DNA from: Selaginella moellendorffii
Lineage: Eukaryota > Plantae > Lycopodiophyta
Assembly: GCF_000143415.4 (NCBI RefSeq)
Contig: NW_003314336.1
Location: forward strand, 658,853-722,852
Length of the DNA stretch: 64,000 bases
Direction of reading: 5' to 3'
This document shows positions 21,871 to 34,395 of the stretch, one piece after another. Numbering within the stretch: position 1 is the first letter of the stretch; each line of letters starts with the position of its first letter. Below the pieces are notes generated by a model. It saw only the letters and a list, made by a program, of their open reading frames with translations. It did not search any database and was not told the DNA's origin. Both the position numbers and the translations under genes were made by a program.

Positions 21871-24800
21871 AAATTTTGACCCTAATAGATCTAACTATAA
21901 TGCAGACTACCTTCCACAGATTTTATTGTGAGAATGAAGTGGTCAGTTATATGGATCTCCAAAAAGTTTTAATGCCACATTAAACTCTCAAGGGCATTCA
22001 TGTATAAGCTAAAAACAGTGGACATCCTTATTTAATGCAAATAGTGCATTCAATATATTTAACTCCTTGATAGTCTGCAAGAATAATGACATATATTTAT
22101 TCAATGACAACTAATGTTATGTTAATTTGTCATAGCTATTGAAATAATTTATCATGGGAAACTGTGTTGACTAAGTTTTATATATCAAGACAATCCCCTA
22201 TACCATATTTTTGAATTGTCCATGAAGTTGTGAGTTTCATTGCTACAGCTATCATGCATCTGTTGTTATAGGATAAAATGTGATGAGTACATAGTGCATT
22301 AGGAAGTCATTATTTGTTACTGAATATTTGTTTCATTCCTCTCTAAGAAGGAACACTTGTCCCATCAACTACACCCTTTTACTCTTTATAGTTGCAAATC
22401 TAAAAAAATGCCCTCTTGTGCCAATGATTCCTTCTTCCAATTAATACATCATTTTAGCAACACACTTGTGAGATATGTTTACCCTCTATCATAGGTTCAC
22501 TTTAGTAAAAAAGAATGCCTTTCCAAAGTAGTTTATCAACTATTAAGCTTAATTCCAGCAAGTAAAGCCAAATTGAAAAACTGTTACCAAGAATATATAT
22601 TTTGAAATAGGGGCTAGATTAAAGTAAAGTAAGGGAACTTCATATGAGGAAAATATCCTTGAGAAAATAAAAAAAAACTGTAAGTATTTGAGTTTTGATT
22701 TCTTATTTACCCATCACTCAAGTTAGTGACATGACTTCCTAGATGCCCAAAGTTAGATATCTTCTTGAAAACCTTATCATGCAAATACGTTAGCCAAGTA
22801 AATCCTATGGGACTTTCTTGTGGATTTCTTTTATTTCCAAGGTCAAACAGTAGGAACATCAAGAATACACTTCAAGAATGAGACTTCTTCAAAAGAGCAT
22901 ATAATTTTTAATACAACTTACTAATGATCCATCCAAGCCAATAATCTGAAACATATGTTATTCATTTATATTCATATTTTGGGTTTGTGTTTTATATATG
23001 TTCTTTTATTAAAAGTGACTAATTGATTTTCATGAAACATTAAAACCATAATTACATCTATCCATAAATTAAATTATTTTAATCATGTAGCTTAATTTAT
23101 AGTTCTAATCCATAATATAAAATTGTAAGTTCAAAGCTGATTAATTTAACTTTTAAATCACTTGTAAAATTTAAATTAGAAATATAAAATAAAGCTAAAA
23201 ATTATGATGCAGAAGATAATAAAGTATTGTTTTTTATTCTTTGAATTTACTCTCACTGACAATTCACCTAAAATCATAATTATTTTTTATTTTTTAAATA
23301 TTTATTTTCAGATATGACTATTTGATTTTGGTTTGATTTGTTTATTGATTTATTATATAAAAAAATTGTTTAATGTACTCTTAAATATCTCTTCTTTCTT
23401 TACAAAACCACAATAACAGTAGAATATGTTCTTATGAATATTTTTAATATAATATAATTTTTATCAAACTCATTAGTGTACTGTTATAATTTATAATTTT
23501 ATATTATTCTTTCAGCTAATAACTATTGTTTTATTTTATTTTAAACCTTCATATAACTGGGATATAATCAAGAAATGGATTTGATCTTTCAATATGTATG
23601 AGATAGCTTATACCATATTAGATACCATGTTATTAATGAGACATGAATGCATAATTTTATTATAAAGCATCAGTACAGGTTTGTCTTAAAACTTTACATG
23701 AGCTTTATGTTTTGTTTCAATTTTGTATTATATCAATCATACTTAAGCATAAGGAAAATATCGTGTTAGATCGAATGGTAAATTAAGTGTTTTATAAAAA
23801 AAGTTAATAGTTTCGAAATAGAGTAGAATTATATGTCACATTTGTGAGAAAAATATAACACAGCCAGTAAAGATAGAAAATCTATTTTATTAAAAATTTA
23901 TATTAGATATTTTAAAACAAATATTAATACATCTGTAAAACCTTTCTAACCAGAATATAAGTTACTAATAGATCAAGAGTATGTAACACATTTTGTAAAT
24001 TATAATATATAAGATAACTACTACAAAAATTAAATGATGAAGAGAAAAAATATTTGAGAAAGAAAAACTTAGAATAAGAAGAAAGAAATTTAATAGAAAT
24101 AAAATTTTAAATATTAAAAAGACTGGTCTATATGAAATTCTCATGAAAAGTGATTTAGGTTAAAAATTAGTAGAGCAACTCTAAAATTAAATACCTATAT
24201 TGTAACCCTTAAAGTTGAAAATTATAAACTATAGTTTATTAGGATTATATTTAGGTAATATCATGCTAGAAGTTATAATTTCAAAATTTGTAAGGAACTT
24301 TGAAAATTTGAAAAAAATTCTGCAAGATTGTCTCTTACTGAAGGATTTTAAATCATATATAGCTAAAAATCTCGAAAAGTGTAATTTAAATATAAAATTA
24401 TTATTATATTATTCAGAAATGCTTAGTATACAGCAATCATCTAAAGGAGAACATTATTATAAACAAACTTAGATTATAAGAAATATTAATAATTTTATTA
24501 TAAACTTACATCTAGGACATTCATATTTACATAATTATATTTATATTTTTATTACTATATTTAATATAATATAATAATATTCTCAAAATATATTAAAATT
24601 GAAGTAAAATTTTAATTTTATTTTATTTTAAAATAATATGTATTGTTGTTTCAACATTATCATTTGTGAATAAAGTTTGAAATTCTTCATTCTCTAAATT
24701 TTATTGTTGATATGCTCATTATAAAGAACATAAAAATATATAAATAAACTTAGATCTAACATATTAGAATATACAAGAATAATATAATGACATTTTTTAC

Positions 24801-25649
24801 TTTTTAAAGTATAACATAATATAATTATTATCATATAATATATTCTTTAAAGTATTTCTTAAATGAATTTCTTAAAAAAACTTACAATTCACATTTATAG
24901 CTTTGATTTACATTAATTTTAAGTTTGATATTTGTCGAGGATTTTTATAAGTGAGAATAATTTTCTTAAGTCTTCAAGAGGAGAGTTTTCTACAAAAATA
25001 ATGATATTTTTGAGATGTTCTTAAGAATTGTATGTTTGGAATATATGCATCTCCAAAGATTTCTCTAAATAGCAAAATACAATACATCTTTATGATTATC
25101 TGCTTGTGTCATTCTGACCTTGTAAGCATTGGTTTGTAGTCAAGCAAAGCCACAAAGGCTACAACAGGCAGCTTCTATTTAACTACTTATTAGAGCAAGA
25201 AAATATCATGCTACACCTTATAGTTTCTCATTCCCTAGACATTCCTCAGATGCTATCCAGAGGAGGTTAACACTTTAGAGCCTTACAAGCACCTCATAAA
25301 TTTCCCTTAAAGAGATGATGTGCAGTTCTATGGTTCTTTAAGAATACCTGCCAGTTTGCATCTGTCTTGAACATGTCTTCGTTAGGTCCATTGGAGCAAA
25401 GGGTAAACATACATGCAGAGTTTTCATAAATAGCATTTCCTTCCAAATACAGAAGTGACAGGGATGAATTAGAATAATGGAGGCATGAGAATACATAGGA
25501 TATCATCTTGTATGAGGTACAATTCAGTAGAATACTTTTTTCTTTTTATAATTACAGAAGTTTGAAACTTTTTACAGAATAGTCTGGATGTGGCCTAAAG
25601 AAGAAAGATTGTATGAAGGAAAGTTTGTATGAAATTGTAAATGTTTATC

Positions 25650-26708
25650 TTCACTTTCTTGAGCACATCAGGATTTTGCTTTAGAAAACCATCAGCCATC
25701 GAGTTGTGACCAGCGTTTATGTACATGTTGAGCATGTCTATGATTTCAGCGCTTCCAGAGACTCTCCTTTGTCATCCAGCTCATCCATGAGCAACAAAAG
25801 AATGCTTGTTTCCTGTGTCTTTCTAGAAGCTCTTCACTGGTTGATCAGGTCCTGGATAAGCTTGATGACCTTTCACCTGGCCTGAGAATGGGAAAACATC
25901 ACAAAACTATGTAAGACAATGCATATGGCTTTTACCTTCAAGGCTTTGTTGTAGGCAGTGTTGGGGAAGTTGATGGGGAAAGCCTGAATGCCTTGGTTGA
26001 CAATGTAGTACAAGGAGAAAACCTCATCCACATCGAGACTGGAGTCTTTCCTATATAAAATGTAGAGGACAGTTAGATACGTGAACTGTCATATCAGAAA
26101 AAACCAGTATCAACGAGAAAATAAGACAGAGAGGAAGTAAACATCACTTACCCTTCTCATCTTGGTAAGAAGGACAATCTTATGCTCTGTAGGCCACCTT
26201 GCAAGGCATGCTGTTGTAGGGGCACGTACTGCTTAAGAGCTTTGGGATTGTTCACAGTGACTCAGTAAGCTTCTGGAGCTTCAAATAGCTCTCTTCAGTT
26301 AATCTCACAAACAGATTTCGTCCAATGAGCACAACAACGCTCTTTGGCCATTCTGTCTCAAAGCTGTCTTTGGAGAGCACGAATTTGCATGCCTCTGGTG
26401 TGGCAACCAGGATGGTGGGCTGCTAGAACAGAAATGCCTTGTAAAACCCACTCGATTATACCTGAAACCAAGAAGTGACCCATGAAAGAGTATGGTAATC
26501 CAGACTTGAAGGCTCTGAGAAAAGCAGCCATGTTGATAAAGACGGGCCATCCAAGCGGACCCGGTGGAAGTGGAGGCTGTCCCGGCTTTAGCACCGGCTC
26601 ATAGTACCACTTGTGTAAAAATCTCGAGAATGTCGGCAAAGCAGTCACTGCCATGTTGCTTTCCAGTGATAGAGGAGGAAGAACCCCATAATGGTACAGC
26701 GTTGGCAC
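25650..26708 (-). pseudogene. CYP88/ent-kaurenoic acid oxidase-like P450 pseudogene (5' part)
   Basis: WYYEP..LPPGPLGWPVFINMAAFLRAFKSG, PTILVATPEACKFVL, FPINFPNTAYNKALK, I-helix MYINAGH; stops; no heme-binding exon seen. Confidence 0.8.
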
Positions 26709-28886
26709 TCAACTATCGCGTCTGATTAATTGAGCAGCCAGTCACATTCATATTAGTGGCTCCAGTGATGATAACTCGAGAGCACCACTGCTGTATTGGC
26801 AGTGCACTCCTCGTTGGGAAATTTCAAGCAAATACTGGATATTTTGATCGGCTCCAAAACTGTAAACACAAAATTTCGGGATTGTATCCCCACTGCAAGA
26901 ATATGGCAACCATAGATTCTCTGCGTTTCATTATTAGAGCTCAACACTGAATCTCAGTAGTTTCCAATCAAAAGAACCAAAATAAATAAATCCCAGCCTT
27001 TCTGCCACTCCTGGGAATAAGAAGGGAGACCTGCAATAGGAAAACCAGGCTGTAAAACACACAAGCACCTCCAAAAGCTCATTCATTGGAAATAAGAACA
27101 ACTACTTTTTCTAGAATTTGACATATTCTACTTTACCATAAATTACCTGGACACAGTGTCATGAGTTTAAGGTTGATTAAACCTGCAATCCTTACTATCA
27201 TGTGCTGAGATTACTTCATTTTCACATTTTTACTTCTTCATTTCCGATCCATCTTTTCTCCTACAGAAACATCAAACATCAGTAAGTGATCCACATCAAT
27301 GAGAAAGAAAAGTGCCACAAAGATATCAGAGTCAATAACAATAAAAAGAATAGTTGTATTGATTGTGAGCCATTAGCTTGAATGCCACACGAGTTTGTAA
27401 AAATAATCAAAGACTGGATGTGTAGTTTACAATGGCACAAAAGGGAAGAGACATCTCTTACCTCACTCATTTGATCGAGAAAAACATGACTTGTCATCTT
27501 TCTCTCTGAAACATACACAAAGTGAGCAAATGAAAGGAGTTGAGAATGTAAAGGCACACATACCTGGTGAGCTCGATGACACAGCAAAAGTGTCCATGCC
27601 AACATCAATCCTAGAGGCCCCACCTCGATCAGGCTGCTTGCATTATAGAATTGCTGCTGGATCATCGCTGCCATCTTCACTCGGACTGGGACTCAGCTCA
27701 AAAGTAACAATGTTTGTCGAGATAAATGCTACTTTCTTCATGAATGACAAATATCATTGGTGTTATTCAGACTGAGAAGGACCGTCTCCATTATAAAGCC
27801 ACACTAATAAAAAAGAGCATTAGTGAAAGCAATGGAAAACATGAGAGAAATACCAAGAGGAAGCAAGAACGAATGTTGGAGTTCTGTACTTGTGTTTGCA
27901 AGTGAATCCAAGCGTTCCCTTGCTGGCCTGGCATACTCACAAGAGGAGGACAACAAAAGGCCTCGTCCAGTAGTTTTATCATTGGCGCCGCCAAGGTTTC
28001 ACTGCCACCAAGGCCAGCAAGCCCAATTTCCGTCCAGCTCTCGCCTAAAGAGATTGCAGGATTTTGCAACTTCTACCACATTCTGTTCATCATTTGGTTT
28101 TACTGTTACTTTGAAAGATTGAATCAGCAACTCACCACAGCTGAGAACAGTTTGAACCAGCTACGTTCTGGCACATAAGAAAATTGGTATGCTATTCAGA
28201 TGGAATCACGTCAAGGATTGAGCAACTGAAACTAAGCTTTTCACCAAGGCAAGAACAAATAAAAAATGAAATAAAATTACCAGTCCTTCCCCCTGGGTCA
28301 AGCAGATAAATTCTAATTGCTGACCCACTGCATCGGCCAGTGCGGGTGCTTCCTGGCCTGAGTGGCATGACACAAGATCAGATCACCCGAAAACCTGAGG
28401 AGTTACCTGCTAATTTCCAGAGCTTTCTCATGGAACCCAAGGAGAGCCTCTTCCCGCAATAGTCCACTTTCTTTTTTTATTGAAACGACCAAGGAAACAA
28501 ACAGCCTGTCAAACACACTTGAGAAGAGTTACTTACCTCCTAAACCTGATCAGCTGCTGATGGTGAAACGTATCACCTGGCTCTTTTCAATCTTGGCATA
28601 TGCAACTCACTGTCCTTGGCAAATAAAAAGGTTCTGCAGGATGCTCGTCAGTGCTCTGGTATGGAGCGCTGAGCTTGTTGACCACATGCAAACCAGCCAG
28701 TTCTCGCCTCTCTAGGATGTTCCTTTTGACAGAAGAATAGTACGCAATGGCCAACTCAATCCAGGGCATTGGAATTTGAAGACATCGCACAAGAACAAAC
28801 AATGGAGGCTGAAGTGGAATCCAGAAAAGCTTACCTTCCATATACCAACTTATAGCATGGAAGGAGAGTCCTGCAGCCCAGTTGTG

Positions 28887-28890
<4 letters not shown>

Positions 28891-28940
<50 letters not shown>
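28891..28940. repeat. (AG)25 microsatellite
   Basis: Directly visible. Confidence 0.97.
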
Positions 28941-28944
<4 letters not shown>

Positions 28945-29161
28945 CAGCTCACAATCTGCCCTAAAAATTTCCTTGATTTGGAACGTCATTAAAATCACAT
29001 TGAAGCGTTGCCACCCTCTTTTGGCACTTGATCTATGCCGTCTATTTGAAGTTTTTGAATTTGAACCATTAGATTATAAGCATATTCATAAATAATATTC
29101 TAAAAATGGAATAAAAGACGCCGGATGCCATATGCCAATAGCACGTTTAAATAAGGGAGTA

Positions 29162-29188
29162 CTAGCAAAAGTCCCAGCTATGCTGGGA
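29162..29188 (-). mobile_element. Helitron-like 3' end
   Basis: Hairpin TCCCAGC-ATA-GCTGGGA then CTAG-T on the minus strand; same motif as 20100. Confidence 0.6.
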
Positions 29189-30002
29189 GCATCATGTTTA
29201 TTTCTGATGATTTAGTAATTTAAAAGAGTTGTAATCATAATTATAATTTTTAACATATTCATATTGATAACATACATAGCTAAACATAATATAATATTTA
29301 TATTAAAAATCCCTTCTACAATTGAATCTATCATCAACACACATCATAACATAATAAATATAACTTATAACATTATATCACATTTAAAACTTTGATTGTT
29401 GAGTGAAGTCTTGGATCTTCTATAAATGGAATTGCTCACTATGGGATCCCATGGCCAGATGAGTCATTTAGAGATTGAGGTTTGGAAACTAATTTTTTCT
29501 TTTTTTTTGAAATCTATATAATTGATAAAAATATTATTAATTGATAATTTAAAACTCAATCTACATATATCTTATAAATTTAAAAAATATAAAACTGTGA
29601 GGGCCAAGTGTACGGCTACGATGCCGTATACTAATATTAGCGTAGTGGATTTTGGTAGCCGTCGGATTGGTTTCAATCTGGACCACTCGCTCCTGTATAT
29701 AAGCTAGGGTTTTTGGGCTAATTGAGATGCACATTTCTGTATTCCTTTTCCATATTCCATGCACTCACATTGGTGGAGATGAGGGGCACCTTTGATTGTC
29801 CCTGGGGAGTGCTTGGATTTGGGATTTCGGTTTAGATCTAGCTTTTGCATTGTCTAGATCTAGCTTTTTCCATTTCCTTTCTTTTGTTCTTTCCTTTCAG
29901 GATTTTGGTTTAGATCTAGCTTTTTGCATTGTCTAGATCTACCATTTCTTTCCAGCTTTTTGTCATTTCTCTTCTTTTGCTTTTTCTTTTTCATTCATTT
30001 TC

Positions 30003-33000
30003 ATGGCCGATCCGCAATCTCCTCCTTTGACTCTAGAGCAGCAGTTGTTCAATTGCTTGATGCTATGCGCTTGTAATTGAATAATCAAACTCAGTTGATG
30101 GCGGCGTTCATGGCACATGGTACACCTCCTCCTGCTTTTGGTGCCAATCCTCGCGTTCGGCCGGAGTTCTTTCGTGGGAATCCTGGGGATGATGTGTACC
30201 ATTGGTTCGATCACTTCACGGTGATTGCTACATATCATTCTTGGGATGATGCTTGACGTTTGCGTGAGTTCCCCACATGTCTCCAAAGGACAACATTGCA
30301 GTGGTACAATGGATTGAGCGTAGCTACTCGTGGCGATTGGAGTGTTCTTCCGGACGTCTTCAAACGCGCTTTTGGACACGCTGACGATTGTGATGATGCC
30401 TTCCAACAATTGCATCGTCTTCGCCAAGGGCCATCTGAGTTGGTGATGCAATTTGGCGTTCGTTTCCGAAGTCTTTTGCTTTGTGCGGAGCCAAATATGT
30501 CGGAGCGGATCAAGCTAGGAATTCTGTGGCCAGCACTTCGTCAAGATCTTGTCGGACTTGTGCATGCACTTGCTCCTGCCACTCTTGACGATGCTCTTCA
30601 CTTGGCACAACGTTATGAGACGTCGCCTCTTCCACTTCTTGCTACACGTCCTTCAGCTCCACTTCCTATGAGTGATGGTCCTGTTCCCATGGAGGTTGAT
30701 GCTGCTGCTACTTGAGTCCAAGGACAAGGGCGAGGACATGGTCGTGGCCGTGACGTCCGTTGCTGGGCGTGTGATGAAGTTGGTCATACTTATCGGCGTT
30801 GTCAGCGCTTTCCGGATTGGCAACCTCCATTTCCTGGGTGGAGACCTTGGCGTCAGCAACGTCCCGTTGGTGCTGCTGCAGTGGAAGGTTTGGATCCCGA
30901 GGTGCATTCGGGAAACGAGGAGTCGCGCGAGTAATGGAGGGAACTTGCGCGAATAAGTTAGTGACCCCTCCATCTTTCTTTCGGGAGTATCATCAAGGGG
31001 TTCACTCGGCACCGGTTCATCCAGTGTTTACTTTCCAAGCTCGTTTTTATAACAAGAGGTCTCCTATTCTTCTCTCCGTGTTGGTTGATACAGGTTCGAG
31101 TTTATCTTCTATTGCTCGACTTGTTGCCACACGTTGTCGTCTACACTTGCGTCGTGCGGCGGATCCAGTTTTCATTCTTTACGGCAACGGCCGTACACAT
31201 GCATGTGCACGAGATGAGGCGGACCTGGTTGTGCATGTGGGTGATCTCGAGCTTGAGTTGCAGTCGTTGCGGGTGGTGCCGAGTCAAGCTTTTGACCTCA
31301 TTCTTGGTATGGATTGGTTGCAGCACAATCATGCCAAGTGTGACTTTGAGGCTTCTCCCCCTTGTCTCATACTTCCTTATGTTTCATCCATTCCTCTCAC
31401 TTCCGTACCTCTTCATCCCTCTACTTTTACCTTTGCTTCCATTACTTTTGTTCCCCCACTTTCCTCTTGTGTTTCCATCTTGTTCTGCTCTTCCCTTTTC
31501 CGATCCCTCCGATGATCTTTGTGTTGCAGCTGTTGACCAGCTCATAAAGGAGTATTCTGATCTCTTTGAATTTGACCTATCGTCTGGGGCCAAGATTGCC
31601 ACACGTCATCCCATTCCAACCGGGATGCTTGTCCAATCAAGGTTCCTGTTCGTCGTCGGTCACCCAAGGAGATCAAGATTTTACGTGCAAACGTCAAGGA
31701 GATGTTGGAGAAGGGTGTTATTCGGAAGTCGCGGAGTCCTTGGGCATGTGAACCTCATCTTGTGACGAAGCCTGATGGGAGTATTCGTTTCTGCATCAAC
31801 TATCGTCCATTAAATGAAGTGACGATCCCGAACATGTACCCTCTTCCTCACACTGCTGATCTCTTGGATCATCTGGGGCGAAGTCGTTGGTTCACCAAGC
31901 TAGATCTTGCTTCTGGGTATTGGCAAGTACCGATGGCCGAAGAAGATATTCCTAAGACTGCTTTTCGTACACCATTTGGTTTGTACGAGTTTTTGGTGAT
32001 GCCGTTTGGTTTGAACAATGCTCCAGCAACTTTTCAGCGGATGATGGACGAGGTTCTTTGCGATATGCCGGAGGTGACGGCTGACTTCATTGATGATGTC
32101 TTGATCCACTTGGAGGGGACGTGGGAGGAGCATGTTCGTGATGTTTGTAAAGTGTTGGATCAGCTACGCGATGTTGGTTTAAAGCTGAAGCGGTCGAAGT
32201 GCGTGTTTGGGTCCAAGGACACAACTTATCTTGGGTACCGTATTTCTCGTGAGGGTTTGCAAGTTGATCCTGACAAACTTGTGGCTATTCTAAAGTTCCC
32301 TACTCCGAAATGTGTGAATGATGTGCAGCGCTTTTTGGGTAAGGTGCAGTATCTTGGTCGTTTTGTGGATCATCTTTCCGATCGCACTACACCATTGCGA
32401 GCGCTGCTGAAGCCATCAACGTCATCTTTCATCTGGTCTCCCGATTGTGAGCGGGCGTTCGTGAATCTCAAAGAATTATTGACGACTCCTCCGGTTTTAG
32501 CATATCCTGACTACACTCGACCTTTTATTTTGCTCGTGGATGCTTCTGACATTGGTCTTGGAGGTGTGTTGATGCAAGAGAGCTCGAGTGTGCCTGGTCA
32601 GCACCATCCCATTGCATACATCAGCCGTACATTACAACCAGTGGAGATGAACTACTCCACGACGGAGAAGGAGTGTTTAGCAGCAGTCTGGGGTTTCGAG
32701 AAACTTCATGCATATCTACATGGTTCTCAGACGTTACTTGAAGGTGACCATGTTGCTGTTACTTCATTATTGAAGTGGAAGAACCTGGTTGGTCGTACGG
32801 CTCGATGGGTTTTGAAGCTTTAGATATATGATTTCGATGTTGTTCATCGCCCAGGGAGTTTTATTGCTGATGCTGATGCCCTTTCTAGAGCTCCTCTTCC
32901 TTCTCCACTCACTTCTCATGTTTCTGAAGAACCTGTTGTTCCAGCATCTGTGGATTTTCTAGATGAGGATTCTGTGCCGTCGGCGGTTGCTGTCCTTGAC

Positions 33001-34395
33001 GTTCAGTGTCCACAGGGCGTGGAGCAAGGTCTACCTTCTCTTGATGAGGTTCGCGAGGCTCAAAAGATTGAGCCGTGGATTCGAAGGCTTCGAGATGGGT
33101 TTGAGAATCCTGCATCACTTGCTGATGACTTGCCTTTCCGGCATTTACATTCTCAATATCGCCTTGAAGATGGCCTTCTTTATTTTGTGGGGACGGATCC
33201 TGCTGATCATTTACGGCTGGTGGTGCCTTCGGTGTTTATTCCGCGGTTTCTCCATACCTACCATGATTCTCCTATTCTAGGTGGGCATATGGGACACCGT
33301 CGTGTCACCGAGAAGCTGCGCAGATCTTTCTATTGGCCAGAGATGCGACGTGATATTATCCGGTATGTGCGTAGCTGCGTTTGGTGCCAAGCTCGTAATA
33401 CTCCCCCTTGTGCTGCGGAAGAACGGTTGGAGTCAATTGCAGTTTCTCGTCCGTTTGAGTTGGTGGTGTTTGATCTTATGAGACCTTTTCCGCGATCGAC
33501 TGCTGGCAATGAGTATGTTATTATTGCTTCTGACTACTTGACTCGTTGGGTGGAAGTTGGTGCTCTTGCTAGTGCCTCTGCAACTGCTGTTGGATACTTC
33601 CTCCTCAATCAAGTGGTGTTCCAGCATTCTTGTCCAGAGTGGATTCTTTCGGATAATGGTCCTGCATTTATGGCTGAGGTATTTCATGTTTTGACATCTC
33701 GGTTGGGGATACGCCACACTTTTACGAGTGCTTATCATCCACAATCAGACGGTCTGGTGGAACGGCTCGTTCGGACATTCAAAGGGATGATTGTGAAGTA
33801 TGTGAACTTTCAACATTCGGATTGGGATGGTTATTTGCCGTCTCTTCGGTATGCCTATGTCACAGGGGTGCAGAGTTCTATTGGTGCTTCACCATATAAA
33901 CTTCTATATGGTCATGATCCAATATTACCAACAGAGCTGGGTTTACCTTCGCGATCGCTACGAGCTCCTGATGCTAGGTCATGGGATCAATATTTGACAA
34001 GCATTCTTCCACTTGTCCGAGCAGAGTCTGCTGAACACTTAGGCCGCGTACAAGTGGGACAACAATGGCGCTACAATTCCCATCATCGTCCACCTGCGGA
34101 GTACAAAGTGGATGATTTGGNNNNNNNNNNNNNNNNNNNNNNNNNNNNNNNNNNNNNNNNNNNNNNNNNNNNNNNNNNNNNNNNNNNNNNNNNNNNNNNN
34201 NNNNNNNNNNNNNNNNNNNNNNNNNNNNNNNNNNNNNATGACGTTCAGCAGGCCGATCCTCCGGAGATTGTGCATGTGCAGCGGTTAAAACGCTTCATAC
34301 AAAGGGATCAGGAGCAGTTAATACCGTCTACAGATCCACCGATGCCTCCTCCTGACGTTCCTCCAGATCCCGGCCCATCTACAACAGAACCCTAA
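30003..34395 (+). pseudogene. gag and pol of the short-LTR gypsy (a few stops and frameshifts, one N gap)
   Basis: Gag PVPMEVD and CWACDEVGHTYRRC; PR LVDTGSS; RT LDLASGYWQ and FIDDVLI; RH VDASD; INT HHCC, SDNG, YHPQSDGLVER. Confidence 0.93.
30910..30973 (+). promoter_or_regulatory. -1 programmed ribosomal frameshift signal (G GGA AAC plus H-type pseudoknot)
   Basis: Heptamer in the gag frame at 30910-30916; 6-nt spacer; stem 1 30923-30932/30943-30952; stem 2 30934-30941/30966-30973; pol is in the -1 frame. Confidence 0.85.
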
